A stretch of DNA of 64,000 bases. Origin: Carcharhinus longimanus. Lineage: Eukaryota. The notes beneath the pieces were generated by a model that made no database searches, had not been told where the DNA came from, and saw nothing but the letters and a program-made list of their open reading frames with translations. This document shows, in pieces, positions 26,695 to 40,639 of the stretch (position 1 is its first letter; each line of letters starts with the position of its first letter). The DNA lies in assembly GCA_030264375.1 (NCBI GenBank), contig JASCQW010000162.1, positions 103,193,352 to 103,257,351 of the forward strand, read 5' to 3'. The translations under genes and the position numbers were made by a program.

Positions 26695-27180
26695 GTCATA
26701 GAGTCATTCAAAACACATAAAGACACTATTCGGTCCATTGAGTCTATGCCTGCACTCCAAGGAGAATTCAGTCAATTCCCTCTCTGATGCACTGGAAATT
26801 TATTTCCTTCAAGTACCCATCCAACTTCCTTTTGAAATCATAGCTTCTGCTTCCACAACCTTCATGGACTGTGGCTTCCAGGTCATTACCACTCACAGCA
26901 TTAGAAAATTCTTCCTCACATTTCCCCTGCACCCCAATCTTGTCTTATAACTAACCTTCCCCACCAGCTTCCCACCTGTAGATCTCTGGAACCAATCGAT
27001 AAATCTCCTCTGCACCCTCTAAATGACTCTCAAGTCCTTCCTAAAGTGTGACTAGAACTGGATGCAATACACTAGTTGGATCTAATCAGAGGTGTATGTA
27101 GTTTCAGCATAATCTGTCTGCTTTAATGCTCCATGCCTCTATTTATGGAGCCTGCGATCCCATAATACTTTGCTGAGACC
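26695..27180 (-). mobile_element. CR1-type LINE 3' fragment
   Basis: catagagtcat...ttcggtccattgagtctatgcc is a reversed CR1 tail, followed by typical CR1 3' sequence. Confidence 0.65.
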
Positions 27181-27194
27181 CTCAATAAAGGGGG

Positions 27195-27545
27195 AAATGG
27201 AGGTGTAATGGTGTTGTCACTGGACTAGTGATCCAGAGATTCAGGGTACTGCTCTGGGGACTGGCTCGAATCCCACAACTGTAGATGGTGAAATTTGAAT
27301 TCAATAAAAATCTGGGATTAAAAGTCTAATGATGACCATGAAACCATTGTCGATTGTCACAAAAACCCACCTGTTCACTAATGTCTTTCAGGAAAGGAAA
27401 TCTGCTTTCCTTACCTAGTCTGATCTACATGTTACTCCAGACAGACAGCAAAGTAGTTGACTCTTAACTGCCATTCAGTTTGAGGGCATTTAGGGATGGA
27501 CAACAAATGCTGGCCCTGCCAGCAATACCCACATCTCTTGAAAGA
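27195..27545 (+). mobile_element. tRNA-derived SINE, second family
   Basis: Homolog of 645..985; tRNA-like head ggtgtaatgg...tcgaatccc. Confidence 0.8.
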
Positions 27546-28340
27546 ATAAAGAAAAACCGGGCTTACCTGGATTGCTTAACAATGGGGACTGCTTGTAGAT
27601 CCAGCAATGGGCACTACCATCAGTGGCACCACTGGGACTACAGAGCAGTTGACTACACGATTGAACTTCTGACCAAAACAAGGCCAGAAATTTCACCTTG
27701 AAGCAATTTGCTTCCAGAATTAACTTGCTGCAGGGCAGCTGGTGTGATAGTGGGTATGTTCTAACCCAAACTTGTGGCAAGAGGGTAGGGACCTCATCAA
27801 ATTCAGATCATAATGCATAAAAGCCAAATTATTTAAATACTCAGACAAAATTATCACATTCTCCTTTCTTAAAAAAAAGGGCATTGAAAAAACACTGTCA
27901 GAGCTTGCTGCAGATTGAAGGATGATATCAAACATAAATTAAGACAACATTATTAGTACCCAAATTATAATATATCTCATTGGCTCACCTTCACTAGATC
28001 CATAATTAGTTTTTTAAATTTGAGATGTGTGCTTTAAGTAATTAACCCAAGATCTGCTCAGTAATATTTCTTGAAAAATTATTTAAATAATCACATTTTT
28101 TAATGCCCTGCATCATATTCCAGGGCAGGTATCCTCCACAGCTTCCTTTACTACTGACTTTCAGATGCTCAAGTCAGAATCTGAGGGATGTACTTGATTA
28201 CCCTTTAACAATATTCCAGTCAAAGAGCTAAGCCAGAAATCGATCCACAGTGGGAAAAGAAAATATGTTTCAAAATGTACAGAAATATTTTGTTTATCTG
28301 TTAAGCTAAAATTATGTGAATTCAGAACATTTTGCTATAC

Positions 28341-28487
28341 CTGTGTTGCCTCCAGGATGAAATCATGGATAATAACTTGCTCTTCATTCGAGAGGCACAG
28401 TATGTCTTTGCTGATGAGGGTTACAGTAAAGGCTTCGCAATTCATAGATTCTTCACGGCTTGGCCAGTAGACAGATTCATCCTCTGC
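28341..28487 (-). CDS. PTPRG: PTPRG coding exon, D2 ([49 protein letters not shown])
   Basis: Manual translation. 147 nt, phase 0-0, ctaacag acceptor, gtatag donor. Confidence 0.95.
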
Positions 28488-28839
28488 CTGTTAGTAAAGA
28501 ATCATAAATTTTAGTCATTTTGCAACTGTATTTAGAGCTCAGTTCAATTATCAGGAACAGGCTTGTCCAACCTTTGCATGTGGAGGGGCCACGGTTCAAT
28601 TTTTTTCTCACTCAAGAGGCAGATGAGCAATTTCAGAAAGTTAAGATGCGGCACAACATTAAACGTGAAGTTAAAAAGTAGAATTGAGATATGAAAAGAA
28701 ATAGGTTGCTGAGCAAAAAAAAAGACAAATTAATTAAATTGATGAATTTAAAAATGAATAACCATCAGAGAGGACGAGAATGCATGTTAGTGTGTGGGGG
28801 TAAGAATGAATTTGAATCCTAAGATTAGGAATCAGCAAA

Positions 28840-29100
28840 CCCACTCACACTCTCCTTTCTCTCACAAACATTCTTCCCTACTGTCTCCCACACTCCTTCC
28901 TCTTCCTCACATCCATTCTCCATTCTCCCCCTCACGCCTGCTCTCCTTCCTCCCCCTCTTGCTCACTTTCCTTCCTTCCCCTTATGCCCACTCTCTTTCC
29001 TCCTCCTCACACCCACTTTCCTTACTCCCCCTCACGCCTGCTCTCCTTCCTCCCCTTCATGCCCATCTCCCTCATCTCATGCATACACACTCCTTTCTCC
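28840..29100. repeat. C/T-rich low-complexity tract with an internal duplication (cccctcacgcctgctctccttcctcccc twice)
   Basis: Read directly. Confidence 0.8.
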
Positions 29101-31329
29101 CGGAGACTAAGTTCAAGGTAAACTATGCAAAGGCCACAATTTCATAAGATGGAGAAGTGAATTATACAGCAACAAATGTTCATCCTGCAAACCTCCATGA
29201 AGAGATACTTCATTGGTCTTTTGATTCAGAACTCTGGACACACATGAAACAATAGTTATTCTTTCTGTGGTCTTTGCCCTGTAAGTGTTTCTTTCTCTAT
29301 CTTTTTCTTTATGAGTGAAGAGGAAGCAACATTCTTACACTTCTCTTGTGTTTGAGTGTATGCAAATAAACTAACCCTTTGAATTTATCCCACCCTCCTC
29401 CTGCATTTTGGTATGCACAAATAAACTAACCCTCTGAGTTTATCCTATCTTGAGTTTGCTGTGGAGTTATTAATAGAAAATTAGATCACACTAGAATTGA
29501 GGAGTTGGGAAATATGCCATCCCTTACAAAGAGGAATGCAAATCAAAACACCCTTCCACTGACAGACGGGTTTATGACAAGAAGTAAATCAGGGCTGTTT
29601 AAATTAATCTCCCCTGCTGAATATAACTTTTGGAAGACAGATTGTCACTGCACAGAAGAATGTGTCATAGGCTTTAACAGATAGTATAAAAAATTGACAA
29701 AATTCAATTTGTACATCCCTGGATGGGAGGCTAATGGAAGAGATAAGTTAGAAGTTTGACATCTATAAAAAATATCAAAGGATGTCACCACATCCTATTG
29801 TAAGCCTTTTACTGGCATGTAACTTTAACAGGTAACTACAATGAATCTGAAGGAATGAGACAAAGACAGAAATATTTTCATTCTACATTTTGTAGACCTG
29901 GTAATCAGATTTAGTCTTCCTACAATAATACAAGGTAAGGACAAAGTTGTTGTAATAGATAAAATAATGGAGCAATAGGTAGGGATCTGACTTGGGCAAC
30001 AATAAAGTTTCTGACTGATTATGAAATTTGAGGGAAATTTGCCATTGCCAAATTCAGAGACATGTGAAAACATCATCATGGTCATGAATGCCACAGCAAT
30101 GGACTCTAAGTCATGCATTGACTGATGGAACATGGCATCAAATTTTAGTTGATTATCCAGACTGCAGGTTGACAACCAACCTGGCATGGGCAGTTCATGC
30201 AAAGAATCCAGCTAGCTGGAAACTATTGTTCCTTTTAATTAGTCTGTGGACAAAATCCTAAATTGCTTTCTGTGATGTGTGCAAGTTCTTCTGTGCTAGA
30301 ACATACTATAGTTAGTTCAATCTTTTTGGCATATTTCAATGCTTTACGTGAAGGCAGACAGACTTTCAACAAGGTTGAGGTTGTGGATAAAATTCAAATA
30401 ACACTGAGGCATTGTACGAAGGCCACCTGAGACAGAATTTGATTCAGGAGATTTGATTTATTATAAGAGGTCAGAGTGAATGGGTATTAGGTTATGATGG
30501 TAGGAAAGTACTTATCAAAAATGGCAAACAAACTGCGAAGGTTCATTCCTCGTGATTAATCTGAATGGGTTACAATATCTTGCAATCTGAGCAGCTGACA
30601 GAATTAAATGAAGCACCTTGTACCTCAAAAGCTTATTGTTTCGCGATGAAGGTCCTAAGATGTGGAATAGCATAGATAAAGGGCTACATAGTGGTAATGT
30701 TAGTTAACATGGTGCACAGGACACAGCTATCACATTTAAAGCTTAATTGCCCAGTGGGGGTACTCAGGTCACATTTATTACAGAGCGGTCAAGTGAGAGG
30801 AAAAGCTCCTAGCAACTTAAAATATTGGTTGCATGTTCAGGATGATGGTCAAGAAGCTAAGACCTTGGACTTGCAGAATGGGGTGAAAGTGTGGAGAGTA
30901 CAAAAGCACACAGCAACTACTAATGGTGGATAGTGGGTCCAGAAGTGAACCATGTCAGAAAATAGGCATGTACTGTGGAATGACCCTCTGATAGTGCACG
31001 AAGGAGATCCCAAAGTAGTAGCCCTGATGGACAGAAAAGTGCAAGTAGAGGTTATTGTGTGAATAGTTTCTACAATGAAACAAAGTTTCAGAACAGGACC
31101 AGAAGCAGAACTCTTCATGATTGTGAAGTATTGGTGGCTGCCAATAAACTTGAGGATAAACCAGTAAAAGAGGTAAAACAAAGGGAACTACTCAGATGGT
31201 GAGAGGTATCAAAGAAGGGACAATCTTTTTTACATAGATGGGTTTGTACTGAAAAAATACTTTGCTGATAGAACATAAAGGGCTAAAACAACATCAGCAA
31301 TCAGGGATTTTAAAGAGTCACTCGGCATC

Positions 31330-31730
31330 TTATATGTTTCACCCTCTCATTCTTCTAAACTCCAAAGGTTATAGGCCCAATGTATTCAACCCTTCTTCAT
31401 CAAATAAGCCCTTCATCACAGGAATTAATCAAATGAACTTCCCCTATACTATTTCAAATACAGTTATATCCTTTTTCAAATAAGGAGATCTAATCTGTAT
31501 ACAGCACTTCAGATATGGTCACACCAAGGCTCTGTACAGATGCAGTAAAGCTTCCCTACTTTTATATTCCATTCCGTTTGTAATAAACACCAACATTCGA
31601 TTTGCCATCTTAATCATTTGCTGTACCTGCATACCAAGATTTTTGTGATTCCTCTGTGCCTTCAGGTTCTGCAATCTCTCTTCACTTAAATACACTGCTT
31701 TTCTACTCTTCTTGCCAACAAGCGCAAGTT
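31330..31730 (-). mobile_element. CR1-type LINE fragment
   Basis: Homologous to 14945..15350 (ctctcattcttctaaactcca...tttatattccattcc). Confidence 0.8.
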
Positions 31731-33284
31731 ATTATACTACCGCATTGGTAGCAGCTGACAGTGCTGTCTGCCCTGGGGAATCAACATAAGGCTGTGAAAC
31801 ACCACTTGGAAGTGGTGCAACAATAATTAATTTTTTCCCCATTGAATATAAGCCATGTGTTCCTTTAAAAGGAGTTGAGAGAATGAAAAGCTGAGTCCTG
31901 CCTGGTCACTTTTACACATCTCCCACCATAAGCTGGCAGAAAATGATATAAACACAAGAGGACTTAGACATGTGAAATCATGTAACATTACTGAAAACAA
32001 GTGAAGAGGGCACTCCATAAAGCATGTATCTCTGCCACACTATGTTAACTCAGTGCTATTGCAGTTACACAGTTCTTCCTTGAGGATTTTCCCTGTCTGG
32101 TTGATGCTCTATAAACTACAAAGCTGAACAAGGAAACCTTTTTATTAAGAGCTTCCACTGAGGAGTCTTCATTCTGAACCAGATCCAACAATCTGCTCTG
32201 AAAACTCTGGCAGCTGTGAAAAATTCTATCAGAGAAGCTCAGAAAATCCATAACATTCTAACAAGAAAACGCCTATGGGTCACATTTCCTCAAAAGGGTT
32301 AAAAATAAGTTTGATTGAAAATCATAGAAACTCTGAGCTCTTAGCTGTGAAGAAGCACTCAAGGACAAAGCTTCAAGTTGTCAGTTATCAGGTATGGATA
32401 TCACAGGAGTTCCCTCTCAAAGAGTGTAAGAACATTGTGGAATTGCTCTACCATTCGCTCTGATACCGAATGGTCTGGAAATAATGGCAAGAAGCAATAA
32501 CACTTATAGCTTCCACATAGAGTTTGTTTGTCTATTGAATATTCTTACTTTGAAATAGTTCATTAAACACCAGGGACACCAGACAAGGGAGGATAACTGA
32601 TATAAAGAAGCCAGACATAAGTTGTTTCGTTAAGGACAAGTTGTAGCTAGTAGTGAATTAAGCTAGATAGCATGTACGTGCTTTACACTCATTGGACATT
32701 ATAATCAAGGAGATGCGCATATGTTATAATTGTTTAATTGTATTCATATGCTATACATGATGTAAAACTAATCAATAGTCATGACTGGACATAAATAATA
32801 ACAAATGTACACCTTTGATTCGTATATGCTAATTTCTTATAATCAAACCTGAAAGTATAGATGTCTGTGTAATCTTTGGATCAGGGTTCTCTAGTGTGCC
32901 ACCCCAGCTGAGGCACAAGATCACTTGCTATAGCTCATTATAAAGGCTGGTTTAAACACTTAAAAAAATCTTTATCTGGTCACTCTTTATAGATGAGGAT
33001 CAAAGAATAGCTGAGTGGCTATCATCAGCCCCAAATTCACCACAACACTCTCAATGTTAACAGATCCTTAAAAATTCCAAAATCCGAATCTCTTCACCTT
33101 CACCTAAAACTAATCACTTCCTCTTTGGGCCACAACCTGTGCACCAAGTTTCATCAAAATACTTCCCTTAGCCATCTTCAACAGTGAGGTCATTAGCATA
33201 TAGGAAAATTAAGCCTTTCCAAAACCATCCCAGCTCATTTCCATTTAAACCAACTTGCAATTTTACTACAACTGTTATTTTCAA

Positions 33285-33432
33285 TAAGAAGTCTCACAAC
33301 ACCAGGTTAAAGTCCAACGGGTTTATGTGGAATCACGAGCTTTCGGAACGCTGCTCCTTCATCAGGCTCATCTGGTGTTGTGAGACTTCTTACTGTGCCC
33401 ACCCTAGTCCAATGCCAGCATCTCCACAGTCA
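33285..33432. mobile_element. Miniature Penelope-like insert with 9-bp TSD and hammerhead core
   Basis: TSD TATTTTCAA at 33276-33284 and 33433-33441. Perfect 21-bp inverted repeat 33285-33305 vs 33372-33392. Related to 17356..17762. Confidence 0.8.
33334..33367 (-). ncRNA. Minimal type I hammerhead ribozyme-like motif (Penelope-associated)
   Basis: Minus strand reads gcCTGATGA-aGGAGCagcGTTCC-GAAA-GCTC-gtg: intact core, 5-bp stem II, palindromic AGCT. Stem I is weak in this copy. Confidence 0.6.
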
Positions 33433-36271
33433 TATTTTCAAGGCAATTCTTGTTAGTCACAAATTTGCAACTAATTATTGAGGATATGGGCATGTCATTT
33501 ATTTGAATACCTTAGAAGTATGTATTTTCAGACAGTTTAATGGCACATGCGCACTTATAGTTTATCTTCCTTCGTCAATACGTTGGATAATCAACTTGCT
33601 CCTAGGCTTTCATAAATTCTACTTCAAAACTCCATGGAAATTTGTCTTAGCAGTCTGACTTTTTTCTCTTTTAAATGTGAGAGGTACCTGGCCTTTACTT
33701 GGCATCTATCCTTAACAATAATACATCACAGCAAACGTTACTTTAGTGCCTTTTGCATTGCAATGTTTCAAAAAGCTTCATATAATAAATTACTTTTGGA
33801 ATGCAGTGACAGTTTTTAATGTTGGTAAATGTAGCAAACATTTTGCACCACAAATGTTCCATAAATATTAAGATGAATGATTTTGTTTCTTTGAGGAAGG
33901 AACTTTGGCTAGGTCACAGGAAAACTCCTTTTGAATAGAGGCAAATAAGATCCAACTACTCAAGCAGACGTGACATTGGTTAATTATTTCATCCTGGATT
34001 TCTGGACCAAACAGATTGGACTTTGTTTTAATAAGAATACTGCAGTGCAATTTACAGTACTGAGCCCACAACCTTTTGGCTTAAGAGGTGACAGCATTTC
34101 CAACAGAGCCAAGTTTGACAAGCCAATTTAGGGATCAGTATGGATGATCGTGGGATTGAACTCTCCAATTACCCATTCTTTGTAGCAGCACAAAGTGGCT
34201 GCAACATTGTGTGACACTTGTCAGCAGCAATATCTGATATTGTAACTACATCCTTTGCCCTAGTGCACAGCCATGGCTTCTTACCATGGTTGTAAATCAA
34301 TCACTAGTGTGTGCATGTAATGTCACTGTGACTTTGCAACAACAACAGAACTGCTGTAAATGAACTTTACACTCTCTGCAAACTTCAATCCATCTTCATT
34401 TATCTGATACCCAGAATTTAAATACCAGGGATCAACCAGGGAATCCTTACACTGTACCCTGCTTACTGGAAATTGCCAGCTGCCGTGTGTTTTTTTTGAA
34501 TGGTGGCCAGAATATACTCTAATAGGCTGATTCAATTTTAATATTAATCCCTCAAACACTTGAGGGTGGGATTTTGTAGGGAGGGTTAAAATATCAGCTG
34601 TGTGGTGTTCTCTGCACACTTATCTGGTGCCACTTCAGGCAGCATGTGAGAGCCTCGCCTCAGTAGATAAGACTTTTAGATGTCACATTTCAGCTTTACC
34701 AGTTGGAGTTTTATGATGTCAATGACACCTGATGCTATTTTAACTGTGATGCAGAAATCCAGCTCATTTCTCCACTGATGATGTCTGATCTGGTAAGTAT
34801 TTCCTGCTTTCCCTATTCTTGTTTTCAGAATTCTAGCATTTGCTGGATTTTTCACTTTTCTTACTGAGTAAAGACAACTCATTGCCCAACTGGAAAAAAA
34901 ACTCAGATAAATACCCACAGAAAATATAATGCTGAATCCTTTGAAGGCTACCAAAAAGGACTGCTCTTCTCACCATTATAAGGTGGTTAATTACTCTTTG
35001 TAGGGTCGGGAAAAAGGTTGTGCAGGAGGATAGGGTTGGAGACGGTGCCAAACACACAGCGGCATGGATGGCTGGGGGGAGGGGGAAGGGGGTCTCCTTG
35101 CTCTGAATGGAGTTTCTTTTTGACCTATACCCTGAGCAACGAGGAGCAGAACTGCCAACTTGAAAGACTGACTTTTAAAAAACATTGCAATCTTCAGGCT
35201 GAATTTCAATGTTGTTTTATAGTTGGTTTGTGTGTGTCAATTTCATTGTGTTACTGCACTGCTGCTTCTGACCTACAGGCAGCTTTGTGGCTTTGATTCT
35301 TTTTTGCAAAGTCTGGCAGAAAAAGCATGGAATTGTCTGAAGGTCAACAACAACTGCCAGCAACTGAGAGAGTTCTTGGTTGCAAAATGGTTAGTCAAAT
35401 TTCAATTTTAGAACAAATGGTCTGAGGAGAATTTGTGTTGGAGAAATGGAGAAGGTTGGGGCTAACTTGAGGGGTGTTGGAAGCGTGGGAGGCAAGTTGG
35501 AGGGGTTGAGGGCATTGGTGTATTTGGAGTAGGTTTGGGACTGGTTAGAGGGTGTTGGAGGGATGGAGGGACATTTTGTGGGCTGTTGGAGAGGTGTGGG
35601 GAGATTGGTGGCTGTTAGAGAGATGGAAAGTTAGGCTGGGAGCTCTGAGGGGTGGGGAAGGTCACAGAGCTGTTGATGGGGGTGGGTGAAGGAGCAGCAT
35701 GGTGTGAATGCTGTCAATCTCTTTTTGCTGTTGGACTTTCTTTTTGAATTTTAGGCTGTAAGTTCAGTGCAGACAACAATTTGTATGAGAGTTTCTGGGG
35801 GAAGTGGAAACAATCCAGTTCTTGAGTCAAGGCTGAGCTGAATTTTGTGTATCTTGTATCATTCTTCCCTGAAAAAGTCAGCTCAACAATTCAATGTATT
35901 GTAAATTTTCCTAAGCTGCTGGTAGATATCTAATGAGCAAAACCTGGTGAATGTGTCATTAGCACATTAGGAGGAGATGACTTTTAATGTATATTGTGGG
36001 TTGTGCCAGAGAAGTCAGAATGGTAAGGTTGTAATAGCTAGAGAGTTGAATTGTTCTGTAAATGTATTCACCTTTCGAACAATCAGTTGATTGCTCAGTG
36101 ATTAATTATCCTTAGAGAATCAGCATTTGGTCTCCAATTTCCACCATTGCCGGGGTAATGAAAGAAAGACAAAATTTACAATTTGTAAAATACCTCTTCC
36201 AATTTGTCAAACCAATTAGATAGTTTTGGGTTGTAGTCACTGATGTAATGTAGGTAATGTTATTAAAAGGT

Positions 36272-36468
36272 GGAGCAGGCTGGAGGGGCTGAATGATCAA
36301 AGTTCAACCGACCAGCCATCATCATTTAGATCAGCCATGATCTTATTGAGATCAGCCATGATCTTATTGAATGGCGGGGCAGGCTCGAAGGGCTAGATGG
36401 CCTACTCCTGTTCCTATTTCTTATGTTCTTATGAATGTCTTACTCCTGCTCCTAATTTATATGTTCGT
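36272..36468 (+). mobile_element. Young CR1 3' tail nested in an older CR1 3' tail
   Basis: TGAATG duplicated at 36290-36295 and 36432-36437. The insert is near-identical to the reverse complement of 60227..60299. Confidence 0.7.
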
Positions 36469-38673
36469 TTGTTACTCTGGAATGAATGAGATAAACTGAG
36501 TTAGATGATCTTTGTCATCTATAATTACTTTGTGAGCAGAGAGTGGAGTCATGGATAGAGTTCTTTTTGTTTTGCTAATGGAAGTTTACTGCGAACAGGC
36601 TTTGAGAGCAGAGATTGACTTTATAGGAATGTGAATCAGTAACTGGTTTTGTGCTGTACACGATTCTCAAGAGTCTTTTCTAATGACCTCAATATTGTCC
36701 CTTTGTCTACTTATTTATTATCCCATTCTATCTCGGTACTTTATTTGATATTTGCAGCATAGAATATCAGTATAAAGTTATGTTGCATAGTAGATATTGA
36801 AAATGTATTGCAGTGAGAAGCAGCAGAGCCTTCAGACTTGCTGATTAAGAAAAAAACAGATAAAATTGTTAATCACTCAGTCTTTATTAACTGGCTACTT
36901 AAAAATTGTAGCATACTGAGACACCCGAGGGCTCCAGTGTTTCTCACTAAGAGTGAAAACCAATGTTGCTCAATCATTCCACTTTTTTTTCCTTAGAATT
37001 TATTTGATCTTACTGCCCTGTGAGATTACTGATAAAACAGAATCCAATTACACCCCTTCTATAAAATATTATATTGAATATTATCTTGTACCCAGGCAGG
37101 AGAAAGTCTTCTAATTCTTTTACAGAATGGAAAAGATCTTGTGCAGTTTATCTGAGTTGCAAATATTGAATCTTTCCTCAGATATGAATTTACTGTCACT
37201 GTGTCCATGTAGTGCAATGTGCAGAACATGTTAATGAACGCTGAGGCAGTCTCCAAAAATCAGTGTTATTGTCTGCATAGTGTTATAAACAACAGGATAT
37301 TTTCCTGTCAAATTAATATTGCACGATTCTGATAAAATAAAATGTGTACTTTCTTGTTTGTTAATAGTTCTTACTGAAAGGGCATACACAAACTAATACT
37401 GCATTATATTGTTGCTGCTCTGAATATTAATGACTCATGTTGTATAGATATCAAACAATACTTGTAACCAGATGCTAACAATGATTGTCAACATTTTACT
37501 AATACATTTTTGTAATTGTAATTTTTGTAATTGGTAAATTGATTGGAGAATCTCGAAAGGGGAAAGAATATAATGCATGATTGAGGGAGAGAGTTAAGTG
37601 AGACGTTGAGGGTGCAGTGTGTGTGGGGTGGTGAACAAGGGGCCCAGAAATAGGAGGAGCACTAGGGCCCATCATTTCTATCCCTGACCTTGATTCTTTG
37701 AGGATAGCCTAAATGAACTTGATTTATTGTGATAGTTCTGATCTTTTAAACAATTTATACTTCAAACCTCTAGGAACTCATCTTTGAATTATCAATTTGC
37801 ATTTGTATGGGCTAAGAACTTGTACCCATTCTCACTTTTCTAAGCTAATGGAATGGAAGTTCATCTTAGCTTACCCATTTAACACACTGTGCTTTTCTTC
37901 AGCAAAAGACAAAGAAAACCAGGCTGCCAACTCACTATCTCCCATTTTGCACAACCAGGGCAAATTCCTTTTCCAACATTGTTTTCTTTGAAACATATTC
38001 CATTTGTACAATTTTAAGTTTTCAACCCCTCTCACTGTTTAATGCATTACAGAACCCAAAGCCTCAACATAGGGGGGAAACTTGGCATGAATCTTGACTC
38101 CTTTATTTGCAGTCCCATTTAAGTGTTTTGGGTTATTGGTGGAAATTTTCTTTCAATGGGATTGGGTGGGCTTGGATTGAGAATATCACTGCAGCACAGT
38201 AAGTTGATTGTGGTGGTGGGGTGTGGAGACAGGGAGAAAGAACAAACATGAATAGGGACTCTAGCCACTGAGGAGTCTGTAGTACAGAACCTGGGGCCAG
38301 AACAAATATTTTTCCAATTTTGTGGGGTGGGGGATTGAGGGACAGGGATGAGCTTTCTGATTTGCCAGGTTGTCGTTCCTAGTTTTGTGACTCTGCCTTG
38401 GTGCAGGGAGGGTGGGCACTGCAGCAGGTCAAAGAGAAATAGTGTCTTGCCAGTTGGATGAATCCCAGTAAGAGGTTTTTCCAACCTTCAGGGAGTGGAC
38501 TGGTTCAGAAAATGATATCAATTGAAGAGTTTGGAGGGGGCTTTTTCAGGTTCATTACATGTGGGTCAAGTTTGATGAAAGGAGATTACTCCAGGTGTGC
38601 TTCCTTCAGTGTGATGCCTTCCCTTCTAAGACATTGCATTAATTTTCCTTTATAACTGACATTTGATTTAAAT

Positions 38674-38882
38674 TGGCAGGAACTTACCTGCTGTGCGTGC
38701 CAGGAGGATTTTCCAGTCCCACCAATGGTACGGCCCTGCTGTGGGTTTCACAGTGCTGAGGGGTGCATTCAATGGGAAACCCCGTTGACAATGGTGGGAT
38801 GAAAAGATCCAACCACTGGCCAATGGCGGGCCACTTCTGCTGGCACAAAACGTGCCATGTGCTGGGCAGAAAATCTCACCCA
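38674..38882. mobile_element. Palindromic MITE-like repeat
   Basis: Imperfect terminal and internal inverted repeats (ggattttccagtcccacc / ggtgggatgaaaagatcc). Relatives at about 2460-2570, 8572-8705 and 15420-15541. Confidence 0.55.
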
Positions 38883-40639
38883 AAAGCATTTTCCCCCCTT
38901 TGTGTGTGCTTTTAAAGGTGCATTATTTATTTTTGCCTAAGGTAGTCATGCCATATGATACTACAGCATATCCTATCACAATACCACCTACAGGTGCAGT
39001 CCTTTGACTATGCCCTATGTTAACATTTAGTAGTGTACATATAAAAACTCAGTAAAATATAGCACAAGGCTACATTGCCTACATGTTGGTTGAACTTTTA
39101 ATTTTTCTTTAATCTGCAGAATTAAATTATAAAAACTAAATTAAATGAGGGACAGCAAGTCCCAACACTTTCCAAACAGGGCATTTAGACAACCTGTAAT
39201 CATCATCTTCAATCATTCAAGAGACCTTCATAAATATTTTTCTAACAAATTTCATGACAAAATCCCCCCAAAAAAACTCTGGTTAATTTTCTTTAGCACA
39301 AGTACTACATAAAACCATTGTAAAATCTACTCCACAATGCTTCAGGGAACCAGAAAGTTGGAATAAACATGTTATACTTTTTGACATTTTTTGGCTTCTG
39401 TTCCAGGACTCAGCAAGTAAATAATTGCCTTGTTTAGAATTGAGATGGCCATTAACTGCATGAATAATATTAAGAATGAACTTTGCCTCTAAATAAGTGA
39501 AAATTTGACATTTGTTTAGTCAAGCACAGAAAGTATAAAGCATACAATGGCAAGTCAGATTCACTGAAGAAAATAAGACACTCCATGTTAAGTAAAGGTC
39601 AAGTTCCATTTGCGATCATAAATTACGGGACTGACTCTCAAGTAATACACTGCTATTGGAGTAGTTCTTTACTAGGTTCACTAAAGTCCCTGCTCTTTAT
39701 GTTCAGTGGGAAGAGGCACTTACATTAAATCTCTTCATTCCATAAATAAACTTGACTATTCCTATAAATTTATGTGTCTTCTTAGATTATTTTGATATGC
39801 TACCTCTAGTAACTATTTGAAGATAGGATGGAAGTTGGTTTGGAACAGGGGAAGACCTTTCAGTGACTTGAGCCTGTTCTACTGAGTTGTTCCCCCATGT
39901 GTCGGAAGAGGTGGTCTCCTTATTAGCACATTTAATGGGCCTAATGCTCATTTATGGTTGGCACAAGGAATGCCTCTACAGCTCCTAAAATTATGTTGTA
40001 GCAAACACTTATGATGCTGTTTAGGCACCAGAATCACCATTTTAACAAAATTAAACATTGTCATTGAATTTAGTGGTAGTTTGTAATGTACTGATGCTGA
40101 GATTTCTTCAGGACCAAAATTAATAATCCAACAATAATATTTTTATTTTTTGTGACCCCTTGTCAATGTATGACATGGCAAAGCAATCAAGTACAGCAGA
40201 ACTGAATATTTGCTCAGTTATAGGCTGGAGTCCACTCAGCTTAGTTCCTCTAAGTAGTGGGGTGGGGATGAGATGCAGCAAATGACACAACGCAGGGAAA
40301 TATTAGAGGAGAGAATCACAGTCAGTGGTCCCATATAAAGCTATGGTAATTAGGAGTTTCTGAACTTTTTTTTACAATTGCAATTTATGCTTTTCGTTTT
40401 TCTTAATTTTTAAAAAATTAACTTGTTCTTAACTGTATTTATGCTTCTACCAATTTGGTGCATCTGGCTTTGTTGCAATGCTATAAAGGAAATTGGTTGT
40501 ATAACCACTACTATCTGTAGTCACAAAGTAAGTCTCTTTTAAAAAAAAATGGACTTATCTGAATAGATTTGGCTGCAACATCTAAAGATTCAAATTATTG
40601 ATATTTTCTAAAGCTTGCTCAGATTTATGACCAAATTTA

